DNA from: Paraspadella gotoi
Taxonomy: Eukaryota; Animalia; Chaetognatha
Length of the DNA: 64,000 nucleotides
Assembly: GCA_051294375.1 (NCBI GenBank)
Contig: CM119271.1
Span: forward strand, 1,805,395 to 1,869,394
Reading direction: 5' to 3'
Below are positions 22,899 to 34,702 of the stretch, one piece after another; position 1 is the stretch's first letter; each line of letters begins with the position of its first letter. The translations under genes and the position numbers were made by a program. The notes under the pieces are model-generated. The model did not search any database and was not told the origin of the DNA. It was given only the letters and a program-made list of their open reading frames with translations.

Positions 22899-24443
22899 AT
22901 GCGACCGTCGTCCGTGATTTTATGTCCTTCAGAAAGTTATCGGTTTAATCAAAAAATCTAGTTTTACCAATTCACTCAGAATGCCCGGGTCGAAAAATAA
23001 TAATATGATTCTTATCCAACCACAGTTCTTGTAAATTGACGAGATGTTTAAAAAGCGTCTTTTTGTATCCAGACCAAACGATTTCCGCTCATGTACAAAA
23101 ATGCAAATCCTTCAGGCCGGGAAAGTTGCGTTCGATACTTCCTTTATCAGGTTATTTCTGAGATTAAGCGTTTGTAGACCAACCACGTTCTCGAAGCAAT
23201 TGTCATCGATGTCGGAGATTAGGTTTTGAAAGATGAATCTCTTCCATTCTTATTCTACCAAAAAGATTCCATCGTAAACGCGTTTTCTGTTTCCATAAAT
23301 AAACAAAGCTCTGAGGCTTCCATCCCCGACAGAAATTCATCTTCTATTATTCTCGATTCCGCCAGGTACGACAAGAAGCTTATCGGCGGAGCTCAAATTC
23401 AGAAGCAGTCCTGTACGAAGCGACACCAGATTGCTTACCCGTGCTTGGTGAGATTTTTACATTGGGCATTTCTTATTTGCACCGTATACATTCCGTTGAC
23501 GAATTGTTCTCCCCAGGCGCAATTCACATTTTTATCAATGTTATGTCCCCCAAATTGAAGTTGAGTACAGAACAGACGACAAAGTTTCGACCGTAGGCTG
23601 GCGTTGACGTTGGCGTTGACGTTGGCGTTGATGTTGGCGCGTAAAACAGAAAAACACAGAAGACATTTTATTTGGTTGGAAATAAATCCATTGTTTCCCT
23701 TTTTCAAAGATAACGGATGCCCAGCATATGTACGAGTATATTTTCATAATAGACAAAACGGTGCAATAAGAAAAAAAAATATATTTTTGTGTCGATTTAA
23801 GTAATTGTGCTATTGCAGATTATCAGAATCCTCTAGAAGAATTTGTGGAGGATAATGTTGAAAAATTTTAACGGAATCTTTTAGATCAAAAGCTTTCTAA
23901 TTGATAAACTTATGGAGTTAAGCAACTCATCCCGAATGGGATAAGCGACCTTCTTCAGATCTTTTGAAAGCCCGTATCTAATGATAGAATTGATAAGGCG
24001 CGATCTGCGAACAATGAGTGGCGAGATCAACACTCAACAGGAGCCGCCGATGACGACTTAACAATTAAGTCCAAATATCTGTTATTGCACCGTTTTCTCC
24101 ATTACCAAAATATACTCGTATATTACAATTCTTCTGGTGTATGCGGTTACATTGAAACAAAATACCGGATACTTGTCATAACCAAAATTGGCTTTATCCT
24201 TTTAAAGTTAAATCGGTTAAAGGTTAAAGATTTTAAAAGGAAAGAAGAAAAACTGGTTTTTGTACCTTGAATCATCTAGGAATCTTATTAAAGGGTAAGC
24301 AAGTTCGTTAAAAAAGTTATTACATTTTTAATTGTAATTTTTTTTTTAAATGAATTCTTAAGGACTGTGTCGGCATGAGACAGTTTTAATCGGCCGGAAG
24401 GCCGGATGGTCAATTGTTATTTGTCGATTTGCTAGTGATATGG

Positions 24444-24526
<83 letters not shown>

Positions 24527-25312
24527 ACCGCACAATTCCACCCACCTCCAAAGCTGACGTGACGTAGAGGTGATCTTTCCCGAGAAGTTCGAATGCTCAT
24601 CTCAAGCCGACCTCCGGGCTGAAGAGAAACCCCATCTCTCCGCTCGACCGAGAGAGCCGCTTCTCCGCTGGAGCGAATGGCCGCACCGGTGCGCAGAGCC
24701 GTTTCGGCGCTGGATCGAAGCCGCGCGGCGTCGAAGGCGCGCGGCGAAGAGTCGGCGTCCGCTCGAGGGCCTCGGCGACGTTGCAGGCGACGGCGTTCTT
24801 TGTTACAGATCACAATGATATTATTTCAAAAGTCAGTCAGAGTTGCAACAGGTTTTTAATAGATTAAAATACTATGAACGTAGTTTTATTGAGGTTTTGT
24901 AGTCGCTCATTGCATAAGTTCACTCCGCCTTCACGCATGACACACTTCAGCTCATTGAGTAATACAATAGTTTAATATCATCAGGTACCGGAAGCGTGAG
25001 GATCGCCGGAAACCGCCTTGGGGGAATGGAAAACCCTCAAACCTGGTACAAAGCCCAGGACCCTTTCCATTGCTGCTTAGGGGTGATGAGCGGAGGTTTC
25101 AGTCTCTCCCTCACCTTCGAAGAACATCAATATTGCTGGCAGAAATCAGGTTGAATCGCGATTCTCAGAGATCAAAGCATGATCTAGAACTGGAGGTAAG
25201 TAAAAGCAAGCATCGGGAAACAATCAGACCATTGCTAATTAATATTATTACAATCTGTTTAAAAAAGAAATCGTGGTTAGAACATATTAATGAAATAATA
25301 ACCAACAAATAT
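22899..25312. repeat. Near-identical duplicate of ~14405-16795, including the 5' end of the LRR gene, adjacent to an N gap
   Basis: Colinear identity broken mostly by single-base indels. It starts right after the gap at 22873-22897, and the sequences diverge after 16795 and 25312. Confidence 0.9.
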
Positions 25313-25516
25313 TGATTGTTTATATTTTAAAACGCTTTTACAAAAAGAAATCAAGAGTAACAAATTCCAATGAGTTTATGTCCAACAGGGGCGCGGAAGA
25401 TTCAGCCCACTTGGCGCCTTATCCACAATTGGTCTAACCAATATAAAAATTATCTCGCTCGTGGCCGCACATTAGACGTTCTTTTTAAACCATCCTACTA
25501 TTATTAGAGCCCCGTC

Positions 25517-26310
25517 ACCTGATTGGCCACGGCGGCCAGAGAGGGCGGCCGCTTTGCCGAAGGAGTTGACGATCATGTCGACGGCTTTGGCGGAGGGAAG
25601 CCTCGTCGAGGGAGTCGGAGGAAGATCCACGGAAGAGTTGGGTGATTCTTCTGAGGTGGGTTTCGCGGGATTCTGTAGAGGGAAGGTATTGATATTTGAG
25701 AGGAATATTAATAGTAATTAATATTATTTAAATTTAAATTAAAAATTATTATATGATATTGTGGCGGTATATTCACACAGCCTCACGTCCACCATCCTTC
25801 AGGCAAATCCATTGCCTCAGAGTGGGAACACATCATCCCAGGCAAATCGAGACTGTCCTAGGGTAACCGCCAGCCAGTGACTGGATGCGCCACTGAGGGT
25901 CGGAAGCCCCCAAAGCCGTCACTGAGGTGCCCCATCCCAATGGGCGTAACAGGCAACCCGGCTGTTGCCATAATATTATATTGTCTTTTTGTATTTTTTT
26001 TTTCAAGAGCGGACGGGAGAATAAGATAAAAAAAAAGAGAAAAGAGGGAGATAAAGAAGCAGAGAGGGACACAGACAGAAAGACAGAGACAGACAGAGAG
26101 AGAGAAACCCCCCCCCAAACCATCTCCGACCCCGACCCCTAACATACATCTACGTTGACGTTTTCTTCCTCCGTCTCTCCCTTGTCCTCCTCCTCTTCCT
26201 CCTCCTCCTCCTCTTCCTCCTTTCTCTCTCCTTTCTCCTCCGAGAGGGATGGCTTCTGTTGTTTCTTCTTCTCCGAGACCATCTTGCAGACGGATTGCAG
26301 ACTGTAGACG
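25517..26310 (-). CDS. Two probable exons of an unidentified gene (acidic, low complexity)
   Basis: An acceptor ctccacag precedes DMSVYSLQSVCKMVSEKKK..EEEE..NVNVD, followed by donor gtatgt (~26310-26150). A second exon at ~25672-25520 is bounded by ctctacag and gtgacg. Confidence 0.4.
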
Positions 26311-26512
26311 GACATGTCTGTGGAGAGTTTGTGAGCGAGACAAGGGTGAAGCAAATTATTTCACCAAATAAATCGGATGCAACGAAAAACTGCCGTTTAA
26401 AATTTCCTTTCCCATAATTAGGAATTAATTAATTAAATTACTGTTTTGTTTCCACTTTTAATTTGATCCTTATTTTTTCGTTACTTTTTTTACGTATTCA
26501 ATCTGGTTTTAT

Positions 26513-26710
26513 AATATGAAATTGGTACAACCAATATAAAAATTATCCATTCATTTAATAAATAAGCTATCTTGCCCCTGACTTATATAACTTATAACCC
26601 AAACCCTAACCGTAATCCCTAACCCTAACCCTAACCCCAAAGTCAGTGGCAAGATAGTTCATTTATTGAATGAATGATTCATTTTGTAAGATTTGTACCA
26701 ATTTCATATT
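26513..26710. mobile_element. MITE with ~70-bp TIRs and internal (CCCTAA)-like repeats
   Basis: aatatgaaattggtacaa..gctatcttgcccctgactt pairs with aagtcagtggcaagatag..ttgtaccaatttcatatt. The centre is aaccctaaccgtaatccctaaccctaaccctaacccc. The same TIR sequence ends the repeats at 34186-34255, 34510-34578, 41095-41165 and 43552-43621. Confidence 0.75.
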
Positions 26711-27577
26711 AATTATAATGAAGATAAGTTTATCTTCGCGTTTTGATAGTTATAATTAAAGAGACTATGTCTAATGTGATTCTACTCTGGATTATATTGA
26801 TGGCGATCCATTTAAATAATAAATCCTTTCTCTCAGCGTCTTCTGCTTGACTGAACTGGTTTAGTTATTTCGTCTAAACCCTGCAGCCCCGGTTCGGGGT
26901 TCAGACTTGATTTCTTGTCTAAATGTGATCGGACCGGTTTGAGCGTGTGTTTAAGTTCAGATGTGAGGCGACTTACCACCGGTCTCTCTCTCTAAACCCT
27001 TCCTCCAGATGTTTTAAATTTGATAATATAATATAATATAATTTAATTTATTAACTTTTAGTTTATTTACCATTATAATGTTGCCAACGCAATGCAGAGT
27101 ACTCTAAGCTTCAGTCTTAGAAATAACCCTATTACTTACTTACTTACCAACTGTGTCGTTTGACGAAGCTAACTTACTTTTTTTTCGAATACACGGTTTT
27201 AATTTCCTCACAGCGCGCCTTCTGCTTCCAAGCGTCCGCTTGTTTTTATTTATATCAAAATAAGTATATTTATTTTTTTTTTTTACATTTTTATTTTTCT
27301 ATTCGGTAAAAACGTTTCGATTCGATTCGAGTTTCAAGAAAGTAATGACTTGAATCAAAGTAATTTAAAATTCAAAAAGAAAAAAAAATTAGCCTGGTTC
27401 TGTATGTATGAAAAATTACAATATTACTTGCTTTTTTTTCACGAGACTGAATAGAAGGAAATTAAAACCTAATGCAAAAATAAAATTTGATAAACTACAG
27501 TAAATTTGTAAAAGTATCTGATCTGAGAATCTTATTAAAGTATTTAATTCACAGGGAGAGAATAGAAATTGTAGGAT

Positions 27578-27650
27578 GGGGGATTAGCTCAAATGGTAGA
27601 GCGCTCGCTTAGCATGCGAGAAGTACCGGGATCGATACCCGGATCCTCCA
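27578..27650 (+). tRNA. trnA-AGC: tRNA-Ala (anticodon AGC)
   Basis: GGGGGATTAGCTCAAATGGTAGAGCGCTCGCTTAGCATGCGAGAAGTACCGGGATCGATACCCGGATCCTCCA forms a full cloverleaf, close to metazoan tRNA-Ala(AGC). It is followed by a TTTTT Pol III terminator. Confidence 0.97.
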
Positions 27651-28187
27651 GCTTTTTATTGTCTATTTGTTGTTATTTTGCATGGTCGTTCCCGATAAAA
27701 ATTTTCGATCTCAGGTGTACTTTAAAAATATTTGAAATTAAGTAATTTTTCAAATTATTTAAAATATTCAAACTAAGACTAAGTACGTCGCCTCTTCATT
27801 TTGTCGTCGAAATTAAAGTAATGAAATGATAAAGAAGTATATTGCTTCGTTGAAAGTTGCTGTAATTTTTACGTCAAAATTTATTAAAAAAATAAAAATA
27901 AAAATAAATTAGGTAATAAATAATATAACAGGTGTCGCAATACCATCCAACATGCTTTCGCCTTCTGCGTAATTGACGGAGTAAGCAATCGGTTAGCTAA
28001 TTATAAAAACGAAAGTAAAATTGATCCTCATGAAATATGCAAATTAGCTTAAAAAAACATCTTATCGATAATACTATTAAATTTAGTAAGAAAGATAAGC
28101 TCTTCGACAGATCAAAGACGATTCAAGAATAATTATCTACACAATCAGTTTTCAAAGAATGTCCAATTGTCCAATTGTCCATTGTCC

Positions 28188-30489
28188 CAGAGATGTGGAA
28201 GCGATCGATTTTTCCGCCGCTGCCAATTCCGGCGCTTCCAAGACCCCTCCCGCTCCCGTTTTCGGGTGCAATCCTTACTTTTTTAGCCCGGATCGCTTTC
28301 GGTTTCGAGTGCACATCGCTTCCTTCTTTAAGAAATTTTACATTTGTTATTATTTATAAAAAATACTCTCTTTAGACATGTAATTCATTGTAGAATAATT
28401 TTAAACAATCTTTTTTGTTAACAAATAAAGTAAATTTTTACTATGAAAAATTGTAAGATTTGTAAAATTATAAGAATCGTTCGAGTGAAATGAGTTTAAA
28501 TGAAAAAAAACAAAAACCAAGAACCAATTAATTAATTAATCAATTAATTAATCAATCAATTAAACAATGTCAGTGTTATCATTGTCATCCCAACTGTGTT
28601 GTTGCTTTTGTCCTGGTCAGTGACCTGACAAAAAACCTAAAAATTAACAGGCCTGATATGAATTTATTTTATTTGATCAATCAATCATTCAATTAATCAT
28701 GATGGTGCTATCCTCGTTGTCATCATAATCATCATCAGGGTATCATTTCTTTTGTCATAATGAAAAGACAAAAAAAACAAACAAGTTTGAGCTAACAATG
28801 CAGAACTGATCAGTTAATTAATTATTCAATCAATTAATCAAATATTCAATCAATCAATCAAAAAATTAAGCAATCAATCAATTTGTCATCGTTGGTATTA
28901 TCATTGTCGTGTTGCCATCATTAATTATTTATTAATTAAACTCCTTTATCTTTGTTGTACATTGCAAAAATGTATCTTATTATTTATTTATCCCTGTTGT
29001 TTTGTTTCTCTCTCTCTCTCTCACTCTCTCTCTCTTTTTAACAAGTTTCACTTCTTTTCACAACTCACTCAATCTGCCCTTACCTTCAACCTGTCCTCAC
29101 ATCTGACCACTATTCTGTCTCACCACTTTGTTGGAAAAACTTTTACCCTCTCTCTTTTCTCTCTCTCTCTTCTCTCTCTCACACTCTTCTTTACACAAAT
29201 TTATTATTGAATGTCATATGCTAATGAAGGCTTCAAGTAAAAAAGCCGAAACATGTCCAACTATTAATTAAAAATCGTTGTTACAAATTCAAAATTCTTT
29301 GCTTTCTCTAAATTAATTAATTAAAATATTTTTATAATGTTTGCGGTGACTCAAAACAAAAATTTATAGAAAATTTTGAGGCATGTTTTTTGTGATAAAA
29401 AAACCTGGTATTATCAAAAACAGTAAAAAAGTAAAAATGATAAAATAATAATAACAACTAGTATTTACATTGGCTGAGAAAAAGGTCAGCCATAACAAGA
29501 TTAGGTAAAAACAGGTCATTCTTATTGACCACTACTGTACTATGGCTCACAAAGTATAAAGACTTCGTCGTCGTTTTTGTCATTGTTCAAATCATTTGAG
29601 CTCCCAAATGTTCGATATTATTATTTTAATTAATTAATATGTAATTAATTAAATTTTTTTTTTCAATTAATTAATAAATTAATTACCGCTAATGATCATG
29701 GGCACTTGTTTATTAATATTTTTGATTTATTTATTTTATATATTTTTTTTATTTGCTTTTTTGTTCAGTGCAAGAGGGGAAAAAAGAAAGAAGATAGAGA
29801 GAGAGAGTATGTTAGAGATTTAAGTATGTATAAGCATAATATTATGCAATATTGCCAATAAAACAGATCAATCCTTTTGGTTTAAACTTGTTTGTAACAT
29901 GAAAAACATTATGGATTTAAAAAAAAAAGAGACAAATTTAAAAAAAAATAATAAAAATATAAGAAATAAAATTTTTAGTTTTATAGAATTAAAAAAGTCT
30001 AATTTAAATTTTAATTTAACTTAATTACAGTTTTTTCAGATAGAAAAAATCTTTTTTTCAGCTCAGATTTTATTTGAATATATTAAAAAGAATAATTAAA
30101 AAAATAAATATGTAATTTTTTTCATAGATTCTCGACCAAAGAGGAAAAGAGAATAAAAGAAAACAAAAAAATAAAAGAAGAGAATAAGAAAAAGTGAATA
30201 CAAAAATTAGGAACAAACAATTTTAAATGTTGAAAATAAATATTGAAAAAAAATTTTAAAAAGACAAATCAAGAAAGAGCAGGGGTTGCAAAGATTTTAT
30301 TACATTAAATACCTTTCATTTCTAACTAATAAAAACAAATGACCAGGAAGCGAACACGCAGGGTTATTATAGCTTCCGGGTTCAATCCTTTATTCTTAAT
30401 TTTTCTATCGCTCCCGGTTTCGGGTTCTTCAAAAATCGGCCGCTTCCACAGTGTTCGCTTACGCTTTCCGGATCGCGTCCACATCTCTG
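28188..30489. mobile_element. Non-autonomous hAT-type DNA transposon
   Basis: TIRs CAGAGATGTGGAAGCGATC and GATCGCGTCCACATCTCTG, with a perfect 8-bp TSD CATTGTCC at 28180-28187 and 30490-30497. GC-rich subterminal regions and no transposase. Confidence 0.9.
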
Positions 30490-31012
30490 CATTGTCCAAT
30501 GTCCATTCTCTAACACGGAAGCCTTTTGTCATTAAAAATGCTTTTCGTGAGGGGGCGCTACGAGTTAAGGCGCGTTACAGAGTTCTTAAAATAGACAAAA
30601 GACCCGCGCTTATTCGTTACCAAGTTCAGGATTTCAAACTCAGCAAAAAGTTCGACCCACAGCTAAAAGTCTTGTACTGTCTTGTCTTGTACTTGTACAT
30701 GAACTGCTAAACTATTAAAATTTGTCTCGAGCGAAATAATTAAAACGCAAGACTTACGTTAAATACTTAATATAATTTTTAATTTCTAAATTTATAAATT
30801 TACACTGACAAAAGATTGCGCACTGCAAACTCTTACTATTTATAAAACTAAAGGGGTCAAAATTTTAGAGCTTCAATTTTAATTAAACGATTTAAATGTT
30901 AATTTTTTGTTCTAAATTTGTATCAATAGATGATAGCTAACTTTATAAGATTTAGAATATGATGTACAGAGTGCATTGCGCTTTGCTTTGGCTCAACTAA
31001 GTTGAGAAAACG

Positions 31013-31071
<59 letters not shown>

Positions 31072-31234
31072 CCACTGAAGATGTATTCAGAGAAGACTTT
31101 GCCAATTCATAGACGTAAGGATTCTTCAGTTCGCATTCCGTCACGACTTTTTGTCCACTAATTTGTGGGGCGACAATGATCCCGATTTCTCGTTTGCCCT
31201 GAGAGGGAGATAGTGGGGGAGGGAAATGAGCGCA

Positions 31235-31354
<120 letters not shown>

Positions 31355-32067
31355 TTCCACCTGCGTATCCAGATGCGATCTCCACAACAGCATCTGCGCA
31401 TGGTTGGCATCAGGTGGAGACATGACGACCGTGGGAATGCGTGGCTGTTGCGGATGGACGCATGGCATCTTTTGAAGCTGCGACGAGGCAAATATATCGT
31501 TTGCAAACGCTTAAGTCCTCCTTCGCTCATTGGCTTCACAGGCTAAATCTCCTCGACTTAACCGTGCGTCCCGGGTTCGATCCCCGGGTATCCTAGATTC
31601 TAGTTGAATGTGACAGGAGGCGGTCAGCAAAGTTCCGCAGCCACTTTGCCAGTTGGAGAGCCCCCTATCGGTCGGGCTGGCACAGGAAGGCAGGCGTCAG
31701 GCTATCCCACTTTTTCATACGCAAAGGTTTTCATGAAATGTTTGCTACGTTAAGTAATAATTGAGGAATTCTTGGGAAAAAAAAATGATTGAGAAATGTT
31801 GCGAGCTTTTAGGAATCCATGGCTTAAAGCTAAAAATATGTTACGCTGAAGATTTAACGTTGAAAACTATTTTCTTAGTATTTTGATGTGACGATTTTTA
31901 ACACATTTTCACGCTAACATTTCCTGCCCCAAAAAATTCACCTTGGGTTCTTCCAACGAAGTCCTTTTGCCCAAAACTTGAAGACGATCAACTTTGATGT
32001 TGATATCAACTTCCCAGTGAAGACAACGGAGTTCAAAGCATTCGCCTAAGATGGAGGACATCTCTAT

Positions 32068-32126
<59 letters not shown>

Positions 32127-34702
32127 ACCGGTCACTTCGTTGTAGGCCACCAACCAGGCGTTGAATGCTTGCCGTCGCCTGATGCAGCTTAGATCGACCG
32201 GCGATTCGTTGTTGCTCGAGTGTTTCGACGGCGCCTGTGGATCGTTGCGGCAAATAAAATCATTAAAAAAACAAAAGACCAAAAAAAAATCAAACCAAAA
32301 CAGAAAGAGACTTTAACAGATAGAAAAAAAAAACAGAAAAAAAAGAAAACAGAATAGAATACAATGGAACGGAAAGAAATACAAAACAGAAGATAGAAAA
32401 CATTCGGAATAAAAATAGACCAAATTTAAAAAAACAACAAAAAAAAACAGAGCAAACCGAAAAAAGAAGAAAACACAATTTACCAGGAAAGAACAAAACA
32501 AAACAACAGATGAACCTCTAAAAATAGAATAATAATAATAATAATAATAATAAAACCAATCTCACCAGAGTGACATTGACATCGACATTCATTTATTATT
32601 ATTAATTATTTAATATTTATATATTATTATTATTATTTCTGCTTCTGCCCAAAGTTTCCCTCACTTTCCAAGTGACGTAAGATGCGGGACTGTCGACCAT
32701 TGAAACCGTCACCGACGTTTCAGCTAATTTTTTGGGGAGTAAAACAAAACAGCGAAAATCAAAACAACAAATCATTCATTTACCATCTAGGCTAAAAAGT
32801 ATATCACATTTTTAGTGAAAGGTATTTACTCGAAACCTTATTAGATTTTATTTTATTTTTTATTAGTTTTTTATTTTAGCTATACCAAAGGTACTGCACA
32901 TTTTTTGGTTCATAAAAGTATTATTATAGCTCTCAGAAAAGAGGGAAAGACTTGGTCTCCATCATTCTACCATTTCAAAATTCTTATTGCCTTAAAATAT
33001 ATCAAAATTATTTGATGTGGCTTTTTGCTCGGGAAAATCAAAAAGCTTGAAGGCAAGAAGTAGTCGATGCCGAGAGAGTGAATACTAAATATTAAGCATA
33101 TTTTACTAATATTTTATATATTTTTAAATAAATAAATGAACTTTTTAAAAATTATATGATATACTTTTTGCCTTGATAGTATTTACATTTCATTCGTTTC
33201 CATCCGTCTTTATTTATTGCCATCGCCTTTCTCGAGAAATACGAGTTTTACGTGGAATTAAGCAAAGTTGAGAGCGGAACAATAACATCGGGCAGACTAA
33301 GGAACGGGTAGGTCTTTGTTTATTTAGACTCACTCAATATTGGGCCGGCGATTTGGTAAGTCTCCTTCGTGTTGCCGTAGAAAGGGTAAGACTCTCCGTC
33401 CGAGTCGTTAATTCCAGGAAGGCCCATATTGAGTTGAGGGAATTCCCAGGAGCTGAATCCCAGTTTGTTGTATCTGGGTATGAGATAAACTGTTTTCTAA
33501 CCATTTTGTAATCTTCGCAAAAACAAATTATATTAACGAAGAAACATGTTGTAGCTTGTCGCTTAATGTCCAGTTTGGTCATAATTTAGTAAGTACACTA
33601 CCGCGCCGAAAAATGCCAATCTGCACCCTAACAACTCTGGAACTCACACGTTGACGAAGCTGATGTATTTGCAAGATTGAATCCACCCGATCGTCCAGAT
33701 TTGACCGAGAGGAACTTGGAAGAGAGATTGAAGTCGGGCATTAAAGGCAATAAAGGCATTAAAGGCAATAAAGGCATTAAAGGCATTAAAGATACGAAGA
33801 CTTGCGGTTGTAGTTGTGGTTGTTGTTGTTGATTATGTTCTTGTTTAATTTGTTTATGTTGGTTTGTGGTTTTTTTGTGATATTTTTGTGGTATTTTTGT
33901 TTTTTGTTGTTTTTTTGTTGTGATTTGTGTTCTTTGATGTTTTTTTCGAGTGTTTTTGTTGTTTTTGTTGCTGCTGATTGTGTTTTTATTATTGTTGTTT
34001 AAGTTGTTGTTGTTTAGGTTGTTTTATTTGTCGTCGTCGTGGTCATTCACCTGGCGGTAGAGTGACTTTAGCTTTGGCGCGCATCGTCGGCGTTCTGATA
34101 AAGTTGGAAAATATAGCTTTCAGGGACCTGCTATGTCACTATCTTGTAAGAGTGTGGGAGGCCCTTAAACCTCAATGCCTGTCCAAAGTCAGGGGCAAGA
34201 TAGCTTATTTATTAAATGAATGGATAATTTTTATATTGGTTGTACCAATTTCATAAAATTCAGCTCCTTGTATTTGAATGCTAGTGTGGATTACAATAAG
34301 TATTCCCCGATCTAATACTTAATGGAGTGGTCTTTCATACAATTGAAACATTCTTTGAAATATTTTCCACTTCATTGATAGGGAGCCAGGTACTCTGGAA
34401 GTGAATAAACGAGACTGTGAGAGAGAGTTTTGATTGAAAGCTTTCAGGGACCTGCTATGTCATTATCTTGTAAGAGTGATGGAGCCTTAAACCACCAAAG
34501 CCTGTCCAAAGTCAGGGGCAAGATAGCTTATTTATTAAATGAATGGATAATTTTTATATTGGTTGTACCAATTTCATAAAATTCAGCTCCTTGTATTTTG
34601 ATGCTAGTGTGGATTACAATAAGTATTCCCCGATCTAATACTTAATGGAGTGGTCTTTTCATACAATTGAAACATTCTTTGAAATATTTTCCACTTCATT
34701 GA

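Noticed and set aside
31540-31600. tRNA-like sequence with gggttcgatcccc
   Set aside because: Only a T-arm/B box is convincing and there is no full cloverleaf. It is more likely a SINE head.
33334-34050. Thr-rich stretch plus short ORFs suggesting a mucin/lectin-like gene
   Set aside because: Frames are inconsistent between the two duplicated copies and no diagnostic motif is present.
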